From: Chrysemys picta bellii
Lineage: Eukaryota
Direction: 5' to 3'
DNA length: 64,000 nucleotides
Assembly (NCBI RefSeq): GCF_011386835.1
Contig: NC_088797.1
Span: forward strand, 18,414,001 to 18,478,000
Translations under genes and position numbers: made by a program
The notes under the pieces: model-generated
What the model was told of the DNA's origin: nothing
Seen by the model: the letters and a program-made list of their open reading frames with translations, nothing else
Database searches by the model: none
Shown: positions 1-15,300 of the stretch, piece by piece
Layout: each line of letters starts with the position of its first letter
How positions within the stretch are numbered: position 1 is the first letter of the stretch

Positions 1-586
1 CTAAAATAGTGGGCAAATGTCCCCATCAGGAAGATTTATACTAGTCTTAACCATACAGCATGGTGTACTACTATACTTCCTGGAATATTAGTGTTCCTTA
101 ACAGAAGTAGCAGTGGAGCAATTCAAGGGGTGCTGTACTCCCATTCCCCTTTCAGCTTCCTATGGTGAGTCTTTAAATTCAAACATGCTATATATAGTTC
201 CCCTACACTGCAACAGGAAGTGAACAGGCAGCTTAGAAATGCTCTAGACAAAGTGTAACAGCATTCACTGTAGTAGCCCCATTAGAGGCCTCCTTTTGAA
301 TTCAATAAGCTTTTTACACTTATGCATGAAATAAGGACCTTAAGACTTACAGTAGGAAAATGAAAGCTAATTCAGTACCAGTGCAATTTCACACCATTGC
401 AAAGTGCAGTTCCTTCCCTCCACCTTTAAGAGCAGCACAGAAGGAAAACTGAGGCACTCAGTCTGCCTTTAGTCTCACTTTTTCACTAATATTTCATAGG
501 GAGATGAAATCTTCATTGAGGTCTGGTCTGATGAAGACTTAATACAACCATTCAACACGTACCATCACATTGTGGCTTTTTTGTAT

Positions 587-592
587 TTTATT
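587..592 (-). terminator. RPL32 polyadenylation signal AATAAA
   Basis: tttatt on + strand, about 30 nt past the stop codon. Confidence 0.75.
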
Positions 593-621
593 AGTTACAG
601 TTACACAGAGGAGGAGACCAT

Positions 622-3663
<3,042 letters not shown>

Positions 3664-3734
3664 GGTGTCTATGATAGATAAAACACGGATAAGAAAGACC
3701 ACAGAACAAGATGGCAATAAGTCATCTCACTCAA

Positions 3735-3874
3735 ACCTGTAGCAGATTGCCTTCCATTAACTAACCACTTCCAAAGCTAGTAATGGAATGGGTATTCCTC
3801 TGCAGTAGTTCTCCCTCCTGCTTCCGAAGCTGGAAGAGTACTGTAAGCTCTCCAGATGCGGTCCTGGGGAGGTC
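3735..3874 (-). ncRNA. SNORA7: H/ACA box snoRNA SNORA7 (ACA7) in RPL32 intron 1
   Basis: Minus strand GACCTCCCCAGGACCGCATCTGGAGAG...CCAGCTTCGGAAG...CCCATTCCATT...CTGCTACAGGT aligns with recalled human SNORA7A. ACA lies 3 nt from the 3' end, 66 nt upstream of the exon 2 acceptor. RPL32 is the known host gene. The H box is non-consensus (AGAACT). Confidence 0.9.
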
Positions 3875-4439
3875 CCATTTTGCCCACACGAGTCAAAGTT
3901 ATTTGGGAATAAAATGTCTTTGCAAGTAGTATCATAGAACTTGCACAAGACGTTTTTAGAAGCTTAATTCCCAAATGATCCCACCCATCCTCCCAGTTCT
4001 GTGGCTGTTGATAGACTCCTTCCAGTTTGTGCCCAAACAGCAGAGTCTAAAAAGCCATCCTTGCAACATGTACTATTTTCCATTCCATAGAAACTAGAAA
4101 AGTAAATATAATCTTGCCCCCCCCCCCCCATACCAGCTAGATCTCTCCAGTATCGCCTCAGCAGATGCTATTTCAGTTTGAGTTGTGTGTCCATTAAAGA
4201 ACGTTTCGGTTTCCCCTGTGCAATGCAATAACTCCCTCTAGCATTAACCCTCAAGGCCTTTCCCTTACCTACAGCAAGGCTCCCACTTCCACTGGCCAAC
4301 ACAGTGGCTTATGCAACCATTTTAAATTGGGATTTCCAGTGCGATCTTGGTTGACTAGAGGTGAACGATGCTCAGATACTAGGATGTTCAGCATAGTAGT
4401 ATAAAGAGATTAGATAGTGACGTCCGCGTGATCACTCGT

Positions 4440-5170
4440 GTGAGTAAATTACCACTCAGTAGGAGGAGGGCATTTTGGGGGGATCCTAGTAGGTTTCCTC
4501 CGATCACGCTCCCCTCCTCCCCCCAAGCAGGCCTCTTGCCACTGGGTTTCCAGGCGCACAGCCGAGGCGACACTGGAGCCCCTGCAGGGGTGGAGGACGA
4601 TGCCCCGTTTCCCCAAGCTGCAGCCCCAGCGCCCCCAGCATTCGGAGACGGGACCCGCGCCCCCCTCCCCTGGCAGCCCGAGCGGGGGGGGGGGGGGGGG
4701 GGAGGAGAAAGCTCCAGTCACCCAGCGCTGGGGGCCAGGGGTCTCCTGCTCTGCCCCCTGCTTTCCCAGGGCTGGCGAATGAATCCACCCCTTCAGTCGG
4801 GGAGCCCAGAACTCGCCCCTCCTGGAGCGGCCCACCACATCCCCAAGCTCGCCTAACCCCCCTTCCCTGCATCCCGCTCCCGAATCCGGCTCGGCCGCCA
4901 GGCAACCCCCCGGCTCCGCGGCCTGGGCTCCGCCGCCACAATAACCCCCCCCGCCGGGAAATACCCCGGAGCGCTGAAGTAGGGAGCCGCCAACGGGCCT
5001 TGGGAGACGGTAGGCCCGGGCTAGCGGGTCCCCGGGCACCGATGGCGACAGATTCCCGACCGGCGAGGCACTTACCAGTTCCTAATGGCGGCCACCCTGA
5101 GAGGCAGCGCCGCTGAAAGAGAGAGAACGGGCGAGCGCGCGGGCTGATGAGGTAACGCCTGAAGGTCCTG
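4440..5170. promoter_or_regulatory. CpG island over RPL32 promoter, exon 1 and intron 1
   Basis: GC- and CpG-rich. ETS/GABP-like ACTTCCG motifs lie upstream near 5356 and 5403. Confidence 0.8.
5076..5125 (-). other. RPL32: RPL32 non-coding exon 1 with 5' terminal oligopyrimidine (TOP) tract
   Basis: TTCTCTCTCTTTC (5127..5115), then AGCGGCGCTGCCTCTCAGGGTGGCCGCCATTAGGAACTG|gtaagt; resembles mammalian RPL32 exon 1; exact TSS inferred. Confidence 0.85.
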
Positions 5171-5926
5171 GCAGGCCAGATCCCTGATCAGGACCCAGAA
5201 AGGGGGACTCTGAACCAGCCTCCTAACCCTAGTAACTACGATGGTTAGATGAAGACCAGAGAGTATTTATTTAAGAGAATAACAGATGTTAAAATAACTC
5301 GTAGTTTTTCTACAATAATAGCAACTATAATCTGCCAGGACCTATCTCCAAGCAACTTCCGCTAATGGCATAGGCAACAGCCAGAGGAGCGAGAATGAAG
5401 CTACTTCCGCCAGTACTGATACCACTAACTGCGGGCCATCTAGTGGCAGGTTTCGGATACTGCAGTGTTGATGCCACATGGCACCCAAGGGCAGATTACT
5501 ACGTTTTTGGCTGTATTAATTTATTTACTTTTTTCATTTTATTAACATGTTTTTTTCCTGCGTCTTCACGGGAGATTGTCAGGTAACAAAGCTTCAAATA
5601 TTAATTGTTGGTTGCATAAAATGTTGCTTTACGAAATCAATATTTTTATAATAATGTAATATTAATAAATATACCTATATAAACTCTTTACAATGTATTT
5701 TCTATTAATATTAAGGATTTTTCTTAATTTTTAGGGACGTTTCCAGATAAAATATTTCTTAAATGTCTGTTTCTTGCTAGTGTTGACAACTTTTGCTGTT
5801 TTTATCACAGGACACAAACTGTTGGTGTTTTTTCTCAAAGCTCATCTTTTAGGCAATGTTTAATTTTCTGCGTTTCACTTAGGTTTCAGTCCTCCTGCAA
5901 CTGGATCCAGTTGGCTCATGTAATTG

Positions 5927-6050
5927 TAGGGTGACCAAACAGTAAATGTGAAAAATCGGGACAGGGGGTGGGGGGTAATAGGAGCCTGTATAAGAAAAAG
6001 ACCCAAAAATCGGGACTGTCCCTATAAAATCGGGACATCTGGTCACCCTA
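5927..6050. mobile_element. hAT-Blackjack-type MITE (MER81/MER94-like ends)
   Basis: TIRs TAGGGTGACCA/TGGTCACCCTA; 8-bp TSD tgtaattg/tgtaatta. Confidence 0.85.
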
Positions 6051-7359
6051 TGTAATTAGTGATATTAGAAACGACCTGGCACTTATCACGAGACTAGCTC
6101 TTTGCCCTGAGGATTTAACCAAATCTAGGTACAGTGCATTCTGTGTCCCTGCATTGCCCTTGCAATTCTAGTTTTTGAAATGTATCCCTTAGTTCCCTGC
6201 TTAGAAGTAGGCTTGGGAGAATTTGACAGTCACCATAGGATACCACGAAAGGAATAAATTGGTATTTTTCTAAGAATTTTACTTTAGGGTGAGGTTACCT
6301 TATATGACTGGGATTAAGTCCACATGGCTATATAAGGTTGTTTGCTGCCTCTCTTATAGGATGCACCTGGGAGGTCCAGGTACCTACCCCAATAGGGCTG
6401 AACCATAAAATGAAATGAGTCAATGGATTCTAAGCAGGGACTCAAGTGGGGCTCTGTTGAGTGGATGTACTTTTAGAGAACGTTGGGACTAGAATGTTTT
6501 TAAAGCTTTCAATGGTATATCAAGTCTTTGGGAACATATTTTATCTGTTTATACCTTTTCCTTCAGAATCCCATTTATACCCTTGCTAAGCTTGTTTGAG
6601 GAGCCTATCATATTTTTGTAAGATCCTATCTCTATCCTCCTGTAGGGATATCCTAGTTCTAGAATCCAGTCTTGCAAGTACCTATGTAACTGTTTTAACT
6701 TTAAACTCCTGAGTAGACCCTGGAAGTTAATAGGACTACTTGTGTGCTTTTCGGCTCTCTATGAGCTAAGATCAAGTGTCAGTAGTCTCTTGGCCTATCC
6801 AAGGCCGTGATCAAGTGTCTTGATGTTTTTGGTATTTTAGCCTTGAGATGAAAACCTTGTCTTTGCTTCTGGGACCTTGAAGTGAAAAAATTCTTTAAGT
6901 ATCTGGATAAAGGGGGCCCTAATTATGGCTTTAAGCTCTGTGTGGAGCAGGGGTTATTAGAGGAGCACAGACAGAGAACTTGTAAAGACTACCACACCAA
7001 CCTGCTTGCAGCTGTATTTCAATAGTAGCAGATGATGCCTGCAAAGCACTCTAGGATCTCTTGGGATGTTATACTTTGTAATTTTCTGTTAAAATGGCAG
7101 CACACTGCTGGTCATTTGCTCCTGGTCCCACATCTCCCCAGTGATGCTGTTGATCATCAGTTAACGTTCCACTCAAGCCTGATCAGTATTAACACATGCT
7201 GGCACATTCTCTTGAATTTCACTTGGGTCGCTCAGCAATGAAGTAGGTGCATTCAACCTGCTGAGCAGACATCACCGTTAGAACTGTAAACTCTGAAAGT
7301 TTCCAATGTGACTAGTGATTTAACAATTTGAATAAACCCATTTATTGTTTCATATGTTC

Positions 7360-7455
7360 AAAGGCCAGAAGGGGCCATTGTGATCATCTACTCTGACCTC
7401 TTACCCAGCACAGGCCAGTGAACTTCCCCAAGATAATTCCTAGAGCAGATCTTTA
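7360..7455 (-). mobile_element. CR1 3' tail fragment
   Basis: gaaggggccattgtgatcatctactctgacctc is the reverse complement of a CR1 3' end motif. Confidence 0.6.
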
Positions 7456-9069
7456 AAAAATAAATAAATAAACCCATCGTGTACATTGTATTTTATGAAT
7501 AAAGCCACAACTTAATGTAAAAAACAAACTTGATTTTTATTTTTTGAGACATTTTTGTAACTACACTTTTCTGATTGGCACCAGCTATTCACAGTACTGT
7601 GAGGTGCATAACATTCAGCGTTCTAAAGCTTTTCTATTTTCTAACTAGCCTGTTCATAAATATTTTCAAGGAAAGATCTTTATGCCTGGAACTGTCTGGT
7701 TCAATTGTATACAGCATAGCTAAATAACCATAATCCATGTTACTGAGAGATCTCCATAAATTCCATTTGATTGCTACCTGTGCTGTGTTTTGAAGAAAGA
7801 GAATACAGTTCAAAATGAATAGCTAAAACATGCATTCCGTATAGTATGAAAACTCTGTGTCAGAACCTGCTGTTGAAAAATGTTTTAAAATAAAATTCCC
7901 TTCTCTATGAGATTGGTCTTTTTTTTTTTTTTTTGCAGGGGAGGAGAAAGGTACATTTATTTATTTATATCTATATTTATATTTAAATCTTTCATCAGCC
8001 TGTTAAATTAAATTGGGGTCACTATCCCCCCATCTCTGGCTGAGCAGGTGGCGGTTAAAGATCCCATCATGCTGCTCAAAGGGGCCGGGATAAGACCAGT
8101 GTCCCAACAACCAGTGTTCCTTCTCTCATAGTCTAGTGTCCCCGAGCTCTGTGAGAATTGGCAGGTTTCAAGTGTTGGTCCATCAAGACATTTTTATCAT
8201 GGAAATCAAAATCCTTCTGAACAGGTACAGCGTGGGCAGCAGGAGAGCAAGTTTCCCCTCCCCTCCCACACCCATGTGCCTTGACCCTGACCTCTACGGG
8301 TGTGACAGGTTAGTTTAGTCGCCATCATGGTCCACTCACTCTTCCATCCCAAGGCTGCCAATAAGTGCGGCTAGTTGTGATGGCAGTTTTTGTGACTTGG
8401 ATCTATCTGCTGGTGGAAACTAGACTGAGACTTGTCAAGTGCATTTTACATGGGTCACCAAAGAGCTGGATTCAAATCACAGGAACAGAGGAATTGTCAG
8501 ATTCAATCAGATCTGAGTGTAATATCCTGTCTTGGACAGTGGCTACCACCAGACGCTCCAGTGGAAAGTGCAAGAAACTCTACAATAGGTGCATGTGGAA
8601 TAATCTGACCCCCAAATTAGGTTTTATCCTGATCCTTAATAGTTAGTTTGGTTTTTGTCCTGAAATATGAGGTTAATATCTCTCCCAGAATTTTTATTAG
8701 CATTAACTATTATAAGTCTAGATATTCTTGTTATCTTTATGAATGCTCCATCCCTTTTTGAATCTTTCTAAATTCTTAGCCTCAACAATGTCTTATGGTG
8801 CTGAGTTCCACAGACTAATATTATCAGTTTTGAATTTGCCACCTTTCAATTTCATTGACTGTCCCCAGGTATTGTGTTATGAGTCACAAGGAACAGAAAC
8901 TTGCCAATCTAGAAGTCAACTGCTCCGTCAAGACCCCCATAACTTTGGGAAGGCGTACTTTTATAGCTTTGATAGCTTTATTTTGCTTATGATGGTGGCC
9001 TAAGTCCATGGAGGTGACTGAGGGATCACAAAGTTTTCATTATGCATAGCATTACTGTCCCAGACAACA

Positions 9070-9316
9070 TCAATACTTTTGAGTCTCAGTATTTCCATAG
9101 GTCACGTATCCCTGGTCACTGATTGGCCAGCTGCGGTGTGGGTTGTAGACACCAGGATAGACAGGTGGTGTTGGACGAACATAGCTGAACAGGGCATGCT
9201 CCTGACTAGGCTCTATCTGTGGGAGGTAAATACGCAGCTTGTCCAGAAGGTGACCTGGCCAGAAGTTATTGTCGTGAGACTTGTAGCTCAGATTAGACCA
9301 CTTCGCATGCAGACGT
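9070..9316 (-). CDS. EFCAB12: EFCAB12 last coding exon
   Basis: ttttcag|A CGT CTG; RLHAKWSNLSYKSHDNNFWPGHLLDKLRIYLP...VTYGNTETQKY*; missed by the ORF track. Confidence 0.92.
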
Positions 9317-12300
9317 CTGAAAAATATGAGTTAAATAATCAATAACATATTTATCTAATGCCTTTCACTTAAAGAAACCAAAATGCTCAATTAATTATAT
9401 TCATTGTCCAGGGATTTCTTTAGCCATCACTGAAATGCAGCCAATTGTGGGGTGGAACGTGGCAGCTGTTTAACAGGAACATGGCAGAACAGCTCAGGAT
9501 AGAAAGTGGCAGAGAGCCACATACTGAAATGAAACCACAGTCATGGGCGGCGGGTATCATAGGCTGGGGGAGGCTGTGCCTTCCCAAACAGCCTGGCATG
9601 GCCATGGCCGCGCTCCATCCTCAGCCCCCCTCCTGCAGTTCCCGGCGCTCTGCCCTGGCCTGGGTGGCCTGCCACGGGGACTCGGGGCAGCTGGCGCTGG
9701 GGCCACGCTGCCCGCCTAGCGCTCGGACCATGTCACCTGGCCGCCAGAGGCTGGGGGCGCTGCGGCCGTGCCGCCCAGCGCTCCAGGGCTGGGGCACTGC
9801 GTCTGGGCTGCCCAGTGACCCAGCGCTGGGGGTGCTCAGGGCTCCTGTGGGGAAGGGGGAAGGGAGAGGGGACTAGCCTTCCCCAATGGCCGGGTCACCG
9901 GCCACCCACGACCACAGTACAAATGCAGGCAAAATTATATTAAATTATATGTATTTATAACCCACCATATGGCCACCCATATTCTGGTACAAGTGTATCT
10001 ACATATGAGGTTATACCAGTATACCTACTCTGTAAAACTATATCAGTATAACTGGTAAACTCTCCCATACTGACAAGGCTTCAGAACTCCAGTAGCTTCT
10101 GAATAAAGCTGTGTCTGACTGGTTGTTGGGGAAGAGTGTTCTTGAAGCCAACTTAGCCATTGGTTGCCTCTGCTTCGCTATTGTATATGGAGTAAACCAT
10201 TCTCTGCACAGACCTTGTTAACTGTTCATAATCCTCAAATGACATCCAGCTGCCTCTGTATGCCTTCTGCTTTCCATGTAGTTGCCCCTTAATCCCTGTA
10301 CCATGCATTCTAGCAGGGAAGATCAAACAGGAATCATTTCAAACTATGAATACACTTTTTGGTAGAGATCTCAACCAACAGACTGGAAGCTCATTGGGGA
10401 AAATTCCCTTATCTTTCTACATGTCTGTAAATTATCAGGTGTATCCATGGAGCTACATAAATAATAATGCAGTGGGGAAAGATGCTGAATAAGTAATTGT
10501 ACATGTGCTAGATGTTCCGTTCAGGTTTTCACCATCATCATGGTACATAAGAATACTTAACATCTGTATAGCACTTGGAAAGTTCAAGGCACTGTACAGA
10601 CATCAATGAAGCAATCCTCCCAATGCCCCATGAGGTAGGTGGGTAAGTAGCACTAGCCCCTTTGTACAGATGACAACACACGTTGACACCAGTGCAACAG
10701 TGTCAGTGGAACTGAGAGGAGAATCTGGGTCATTCACTGTCATGATCTTATCAGAGGCTGCCCCCGAATCTATTTCATCCCAATACAGATACACACCATA
10801 TTGGATGCTGTATCATATCTCGCCAGAAGGACCAGCAAAATGGGGTTTGGGCAAAGAGAAATGAATCACAAGATGGCAGCAGGAACGTTTCCACTCATTG
10901 GATCTGATTCCTCTCTTACTTACATCCACGTAAATAGTTGACTTCAGTGGAATTACTCTGAGTTACACTGTTGTCAAGCCAGTGACAGTAACAGGCGAAT
11001 TGGGCATACTGTGTGTGACTTTCCCTTGTGTCTCATGGACACTGGATCACAGGGCCAGCAAGGGAAACTGTATGCTCCATACCTAAAGCAAACATGGTCA
11101 TCTGCTATAGGGTACACATGCCCTGGAAGAGACACTTGAGCTAGTGAAGGAAAATTCCCACACCCCACCAAAATCAACAACTTTTGCCTCCTTGTCTAAA
11201 AAAAAAAAGCCCGAAGCTGCCTACTGATGTTATACCAGCATCCTTTTTAATTATTATTAATAAACTAAGACTGGGGCATCATTGTGTTAGCATTTGACAT
11301 ACACCAAGTCTCTGCCGCAAAGATCTTGCACTCTAAATAGACAAAGGGCAAGAAGAGAAACAAAGGAACAGAAAAGTGAAGTGATTTGCTCAAGGTCACA
11401 CAGCAGATCAGTGGCAGAAATTGGAAAAGACCCTGGTCTCCTGATTTCCAGTCCAGTGTTTCAGCCACTAGGCCATGCTGCTGCTTGGAGATAAGTCACT
11501 ATAGGTTTATAACCCACTAAGTGGTCCACTACAGTAGAAACTCTTTGAACAAACCCATTTTTGGCGTTCCTTTTTAATGCATTTCTTAATCCTTGTCTGC
11601 TTAAAAGCAGTCGTCTTTGGTGGTGACTCCCATCCATTGTTGTATAGGGACCCCCCGGCTGTCTGATCTTCCGCACATATGCTCCTTCTTTTATTATTTT
11701 GTCTCCTGGGTACAGCAGGGCTGTCAGCAAAGAATGCAATAAAAACAAAGCAGTAATAATAACTATATGGCACATGACCTGCTAAACATTTTGAATGGAT
11801 TATGAGTTCAGTGAAGTGAGGGACTAACAGAAATGGTTTGAGTCTGGCGTAGTGCAGGCAGACCCTGTGCAAGCTTAATCTACAGAGCTCTCCCAGTGCT
11901 CTTCAATCCTGACCTGCAGCACTCCTGCTATTCCAGTCCTGCCAGTCCATCTCTTGTCTTCACCTGCAGTATCTCTTGCTAGGCTGAGCTGGAATCTCCT
12001 AACACCGCTCTACCCTAGGAGCCTCACTGAAGCACCGCTTGCTATTCCAATCCTTCCTTAGCGCTCTCAACATATTTTAATCCTAACCAGCAGCATCCAC
12101 TGCTAGACCAATCCTGTTGCTATACACGGAACTGCCAATACACCTCATTCTTCACCCATCTACGTTAGCGTCTGTTTCCCACCCATAGGAAACCCTAAAA
12201 TAAGAGCCACGCATTTGGGCTGGAGGGCAAAGCTTAGCCTGAATTGTTCTGAGGTAGCACATTTACAGCAAGCCCGAGGTTTTGCTTTACCTTTTTCCAG

Positions 12301-15300
12301 GACCTTTTCGGTAAGCGGAATGTTATATTCTTTGCATAATTTGAGACACTGCAGATAGACCATGTAGCAGGTCCTTCGATGCTGATCAATTATTTCCCCC
12401 ATTTCACTCTCCATTGTAGATGGCAAGCAATGTTCATCAATGGCCTTGTTTCCAGATCTCACCAGTCGACAGCGTTCCATCCATTGTATTGGATTGACCT
12501 TGGCCTGCAAGTAAAGGGCAGGTCCCCATTAGAGTAGCTGGATAGAACATTTTCATGGCCAAAGGGCTAAATGAATCCCTGGTGTAATTCCACTCACCTC
12601 AGTGAAGTTACGCCAGGGATGACTGTGGCTCAGAAGGCACTGTTTGTGTGTACAAATGGAATTCTGTGCATGCAAAATGGGTAACTGTGTTTTCATGAGC
12701 ACAGGCACTGGTTTGTGAATGAAATCCATCTTGTGTAGAGGGCCAGTACAAGGCCCAGGCACACTCATATCCCACATAAGCCACATTTCGAGTGGTGCAT
12801 TAGTTGTCTACACAGCAGTGAATTGCACAAGAATTTGCACTAGAAAACACTGTAGTTGTATTTTTCAGAGTTCTTTTGAAAAAAATGAGCCTTATAGTTT
12901 TGTTCCCCTTGCTCTTGGCATGTCTTTAGCATTAATTTCCATTACAATGTGTGCCCAGGAGATTCATCAAACCCTGGGAGGTGAGATTGTTAGTTTCAGA
13001 AGATACAAATAGCTGGGCCAATGCATCCTGATTTTTTTTTTTAAGAACCTCTCCCATCAGTGGTGCTACCTAATGGTTAGAGCACACAGTGGTGGGAGAG
13101 AGAACTCCTGAGTTCTATTCCCAACTCTGCTACTGACCCATTGTGAGTCCTGCTGCGGGATATATAGAAAAGACAGGACAAAGTGCTTGCAGATATCCCA
13201 TAGGGATTAATCCTGTTTTGATGAGCAGATGGAGTAGAAAAGATGACCTTGATGGACTTTCCATTCTGGGGTATGTAAATCACTTATATTTAGCTGTGCC
13301 TCTATTCACCCCTCTGTAAGGAAGGGAATAAAATACCTATACCTCAGAGTGCTGGAGGCAAAATTAATTGTTTATAAAGGGAGAGCGTCAGATAGAAGGT
13401 GTCAAGTATCAGGGGGTAGCCGTGTTAGTCTGTATCTACAAAAACAACAAGGAGTCTGGTGGCACCTTAAAGACTAACAGATTTATTTGGGCATAAGATT
13501 TCATGGGTAAAAACCTTTCGTGGGGCATCCGAAGAAGTGAGGTTTTTACCCACGAAAGCTTATGCCCAAATAAATCTGTTCGTCTTTAAGGTGCCACCAG
13601 ACTCCTTGTTGTTTTTTTAGATAGAAGGTGCTATATACAGAAGGGCAAAAGATTACTAATCAATAATCACATTAAAAGCCCTTGTTTTGGTTTGTTTTTT
13701 TCTAAACTGCTATTTCATCCTCAATCTGTCAGACACATGGGAAGGCCTGAAATGCAAAGCATAAGTAAATGAATAATTTCTCTGTAGATATGCAGTACCT
13801 TCTCCCATCGTTTCCTATCTCTGCATCTCTTCCCAATCTCCTCCATTTCCTCATAGGTTAGAGGTCTGTGATCCGGTTCGGTGTGGATAGGAGGAACTTC
13901 TAACAGTGTTAACTTTGTTCCAGGTTCACTAGGAGCTAGTGGCTGTGTCTCTTTGGTTTTGCCAGCAGCAGATGCTGGACGACTAACAGTTTTAGAAATA
14001 GCTTTTCGGGTGTGAAATCGGGGACATGCTGTAGAATCACAAGAAACAAAGACATTATCTTAGCATGTAGCAGAAAATAAACTTCTGACCTGATCAGAAC
14101 TCATGAAAGAATGAACAACGGGCTTTGCTTTCTGTGCAAATTTTGAGTTAGCAACAGGCTTAGACCGGAGCTCTGGATCCAGATTTGTAGCCAGACCCGC
14201 ATTTTACAGCTTAACCCACCTCTAGTTTGAAATGATTCCTTAAAGCGTTTTATTGAAAAGTCTTGAAAGTAACTAAAGAGTTCCTGGGTTTATGTTGACC
14301 CTCCTCCCTCCATCCCCTTTACTAATGATAACACTCGATTCACAGAGCTTTACAAAAGAAGATGTGTCTGAAACCTATCCACATTTTATACATCGGGAAA
14401 CTGAGATACAGAGAGGCAGACTGACTTTTACAAGTAAATCTCTGCCAGGGCCAAAATCCAGATCCCCTGATTCCCCATCTCGCCGCTGGACTATGGTACC
14501 TTCCACCTTTATTTGAGAGAGAATTTGTTTGAATTAGGTAACGTTGATCATACAGCAGTGTTTCCCAAAGTGCCCGTTGCAAGGAGGACTAGATGGGGGC
14601 AGAGGGAGTGGAGAGTCCAGAACTAGTTTAGGGGGTGGGGGAGGAGCAGACAGTGGCAAGAGCTCTTCATTATTCTCCAGACGCTGACTTGCAACTCTGT
14701 TTGAAAAAAAGGAAGTCTCTCGCTGTTATGGTTTCACCATCAAAATGTGACCCGAACATAACCAAGGCAGTGGTGTCTGCCTGAAGTAGCAGGGGGCTTG
14801 AAACAATAGCTTAGCTGCATGAGCTGCTTGTTCGGGTCAGTGGCTGCTCGCTCAGAAGCCAAGGATGATGCTTTAAACGTCAACATCGTTAACCATTTCA
14901 AAGGCCGTAAGAAAAGAGAGGGAGGATCATATTATGAGGACTTAAAATAAGGGGAGCCCCTTAATGACACACGGCAGAGTTGGAGAGTGGTGTGGTGTCT
15001 GATTTCATTTTCCTGAATGGAAGCTCAACTTGGAAGTGCTTGGCAAATGCTGCCTTCTGTCACATTCCTTCAGAATCAGACCTTTGTTTCCCAGCAACCG
15101 TGATAGAGAGAGGCCCGAACTGGGGGAGAACTAAATTGTAACCCTCCAAATAAGTGTGTGTAGGAAACATCTGAGCACAGGACTTGTTGTGGGGCACCCT
15201 GAGTTCTATTCCCAGCTCCAACACTGACTCACCATTGGGCCTTGGGCAAGTCACTTAACCTCTCTGTGCCTCAGTTTACTCAGCTATACAATACAAATAA

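Noticed and set aside
4370-4440. GTGATCA...CTGA...CTGA on the minus strand, a possible C/D snoRNA in RPL32 intron 1
   Set aside because: Imperfect C box, weak terminal stem, no recognisable guide, and far from the acceptor
4428-5039. Overlapping 142-196 aa ORFs on both strands
   Set aside because: They lie in the GC-rich CpG island of RPL32 intron 1, are low-complexity Gly/Pro/Ala-rich, and show no recognisable domain; stop codons are simply rare there
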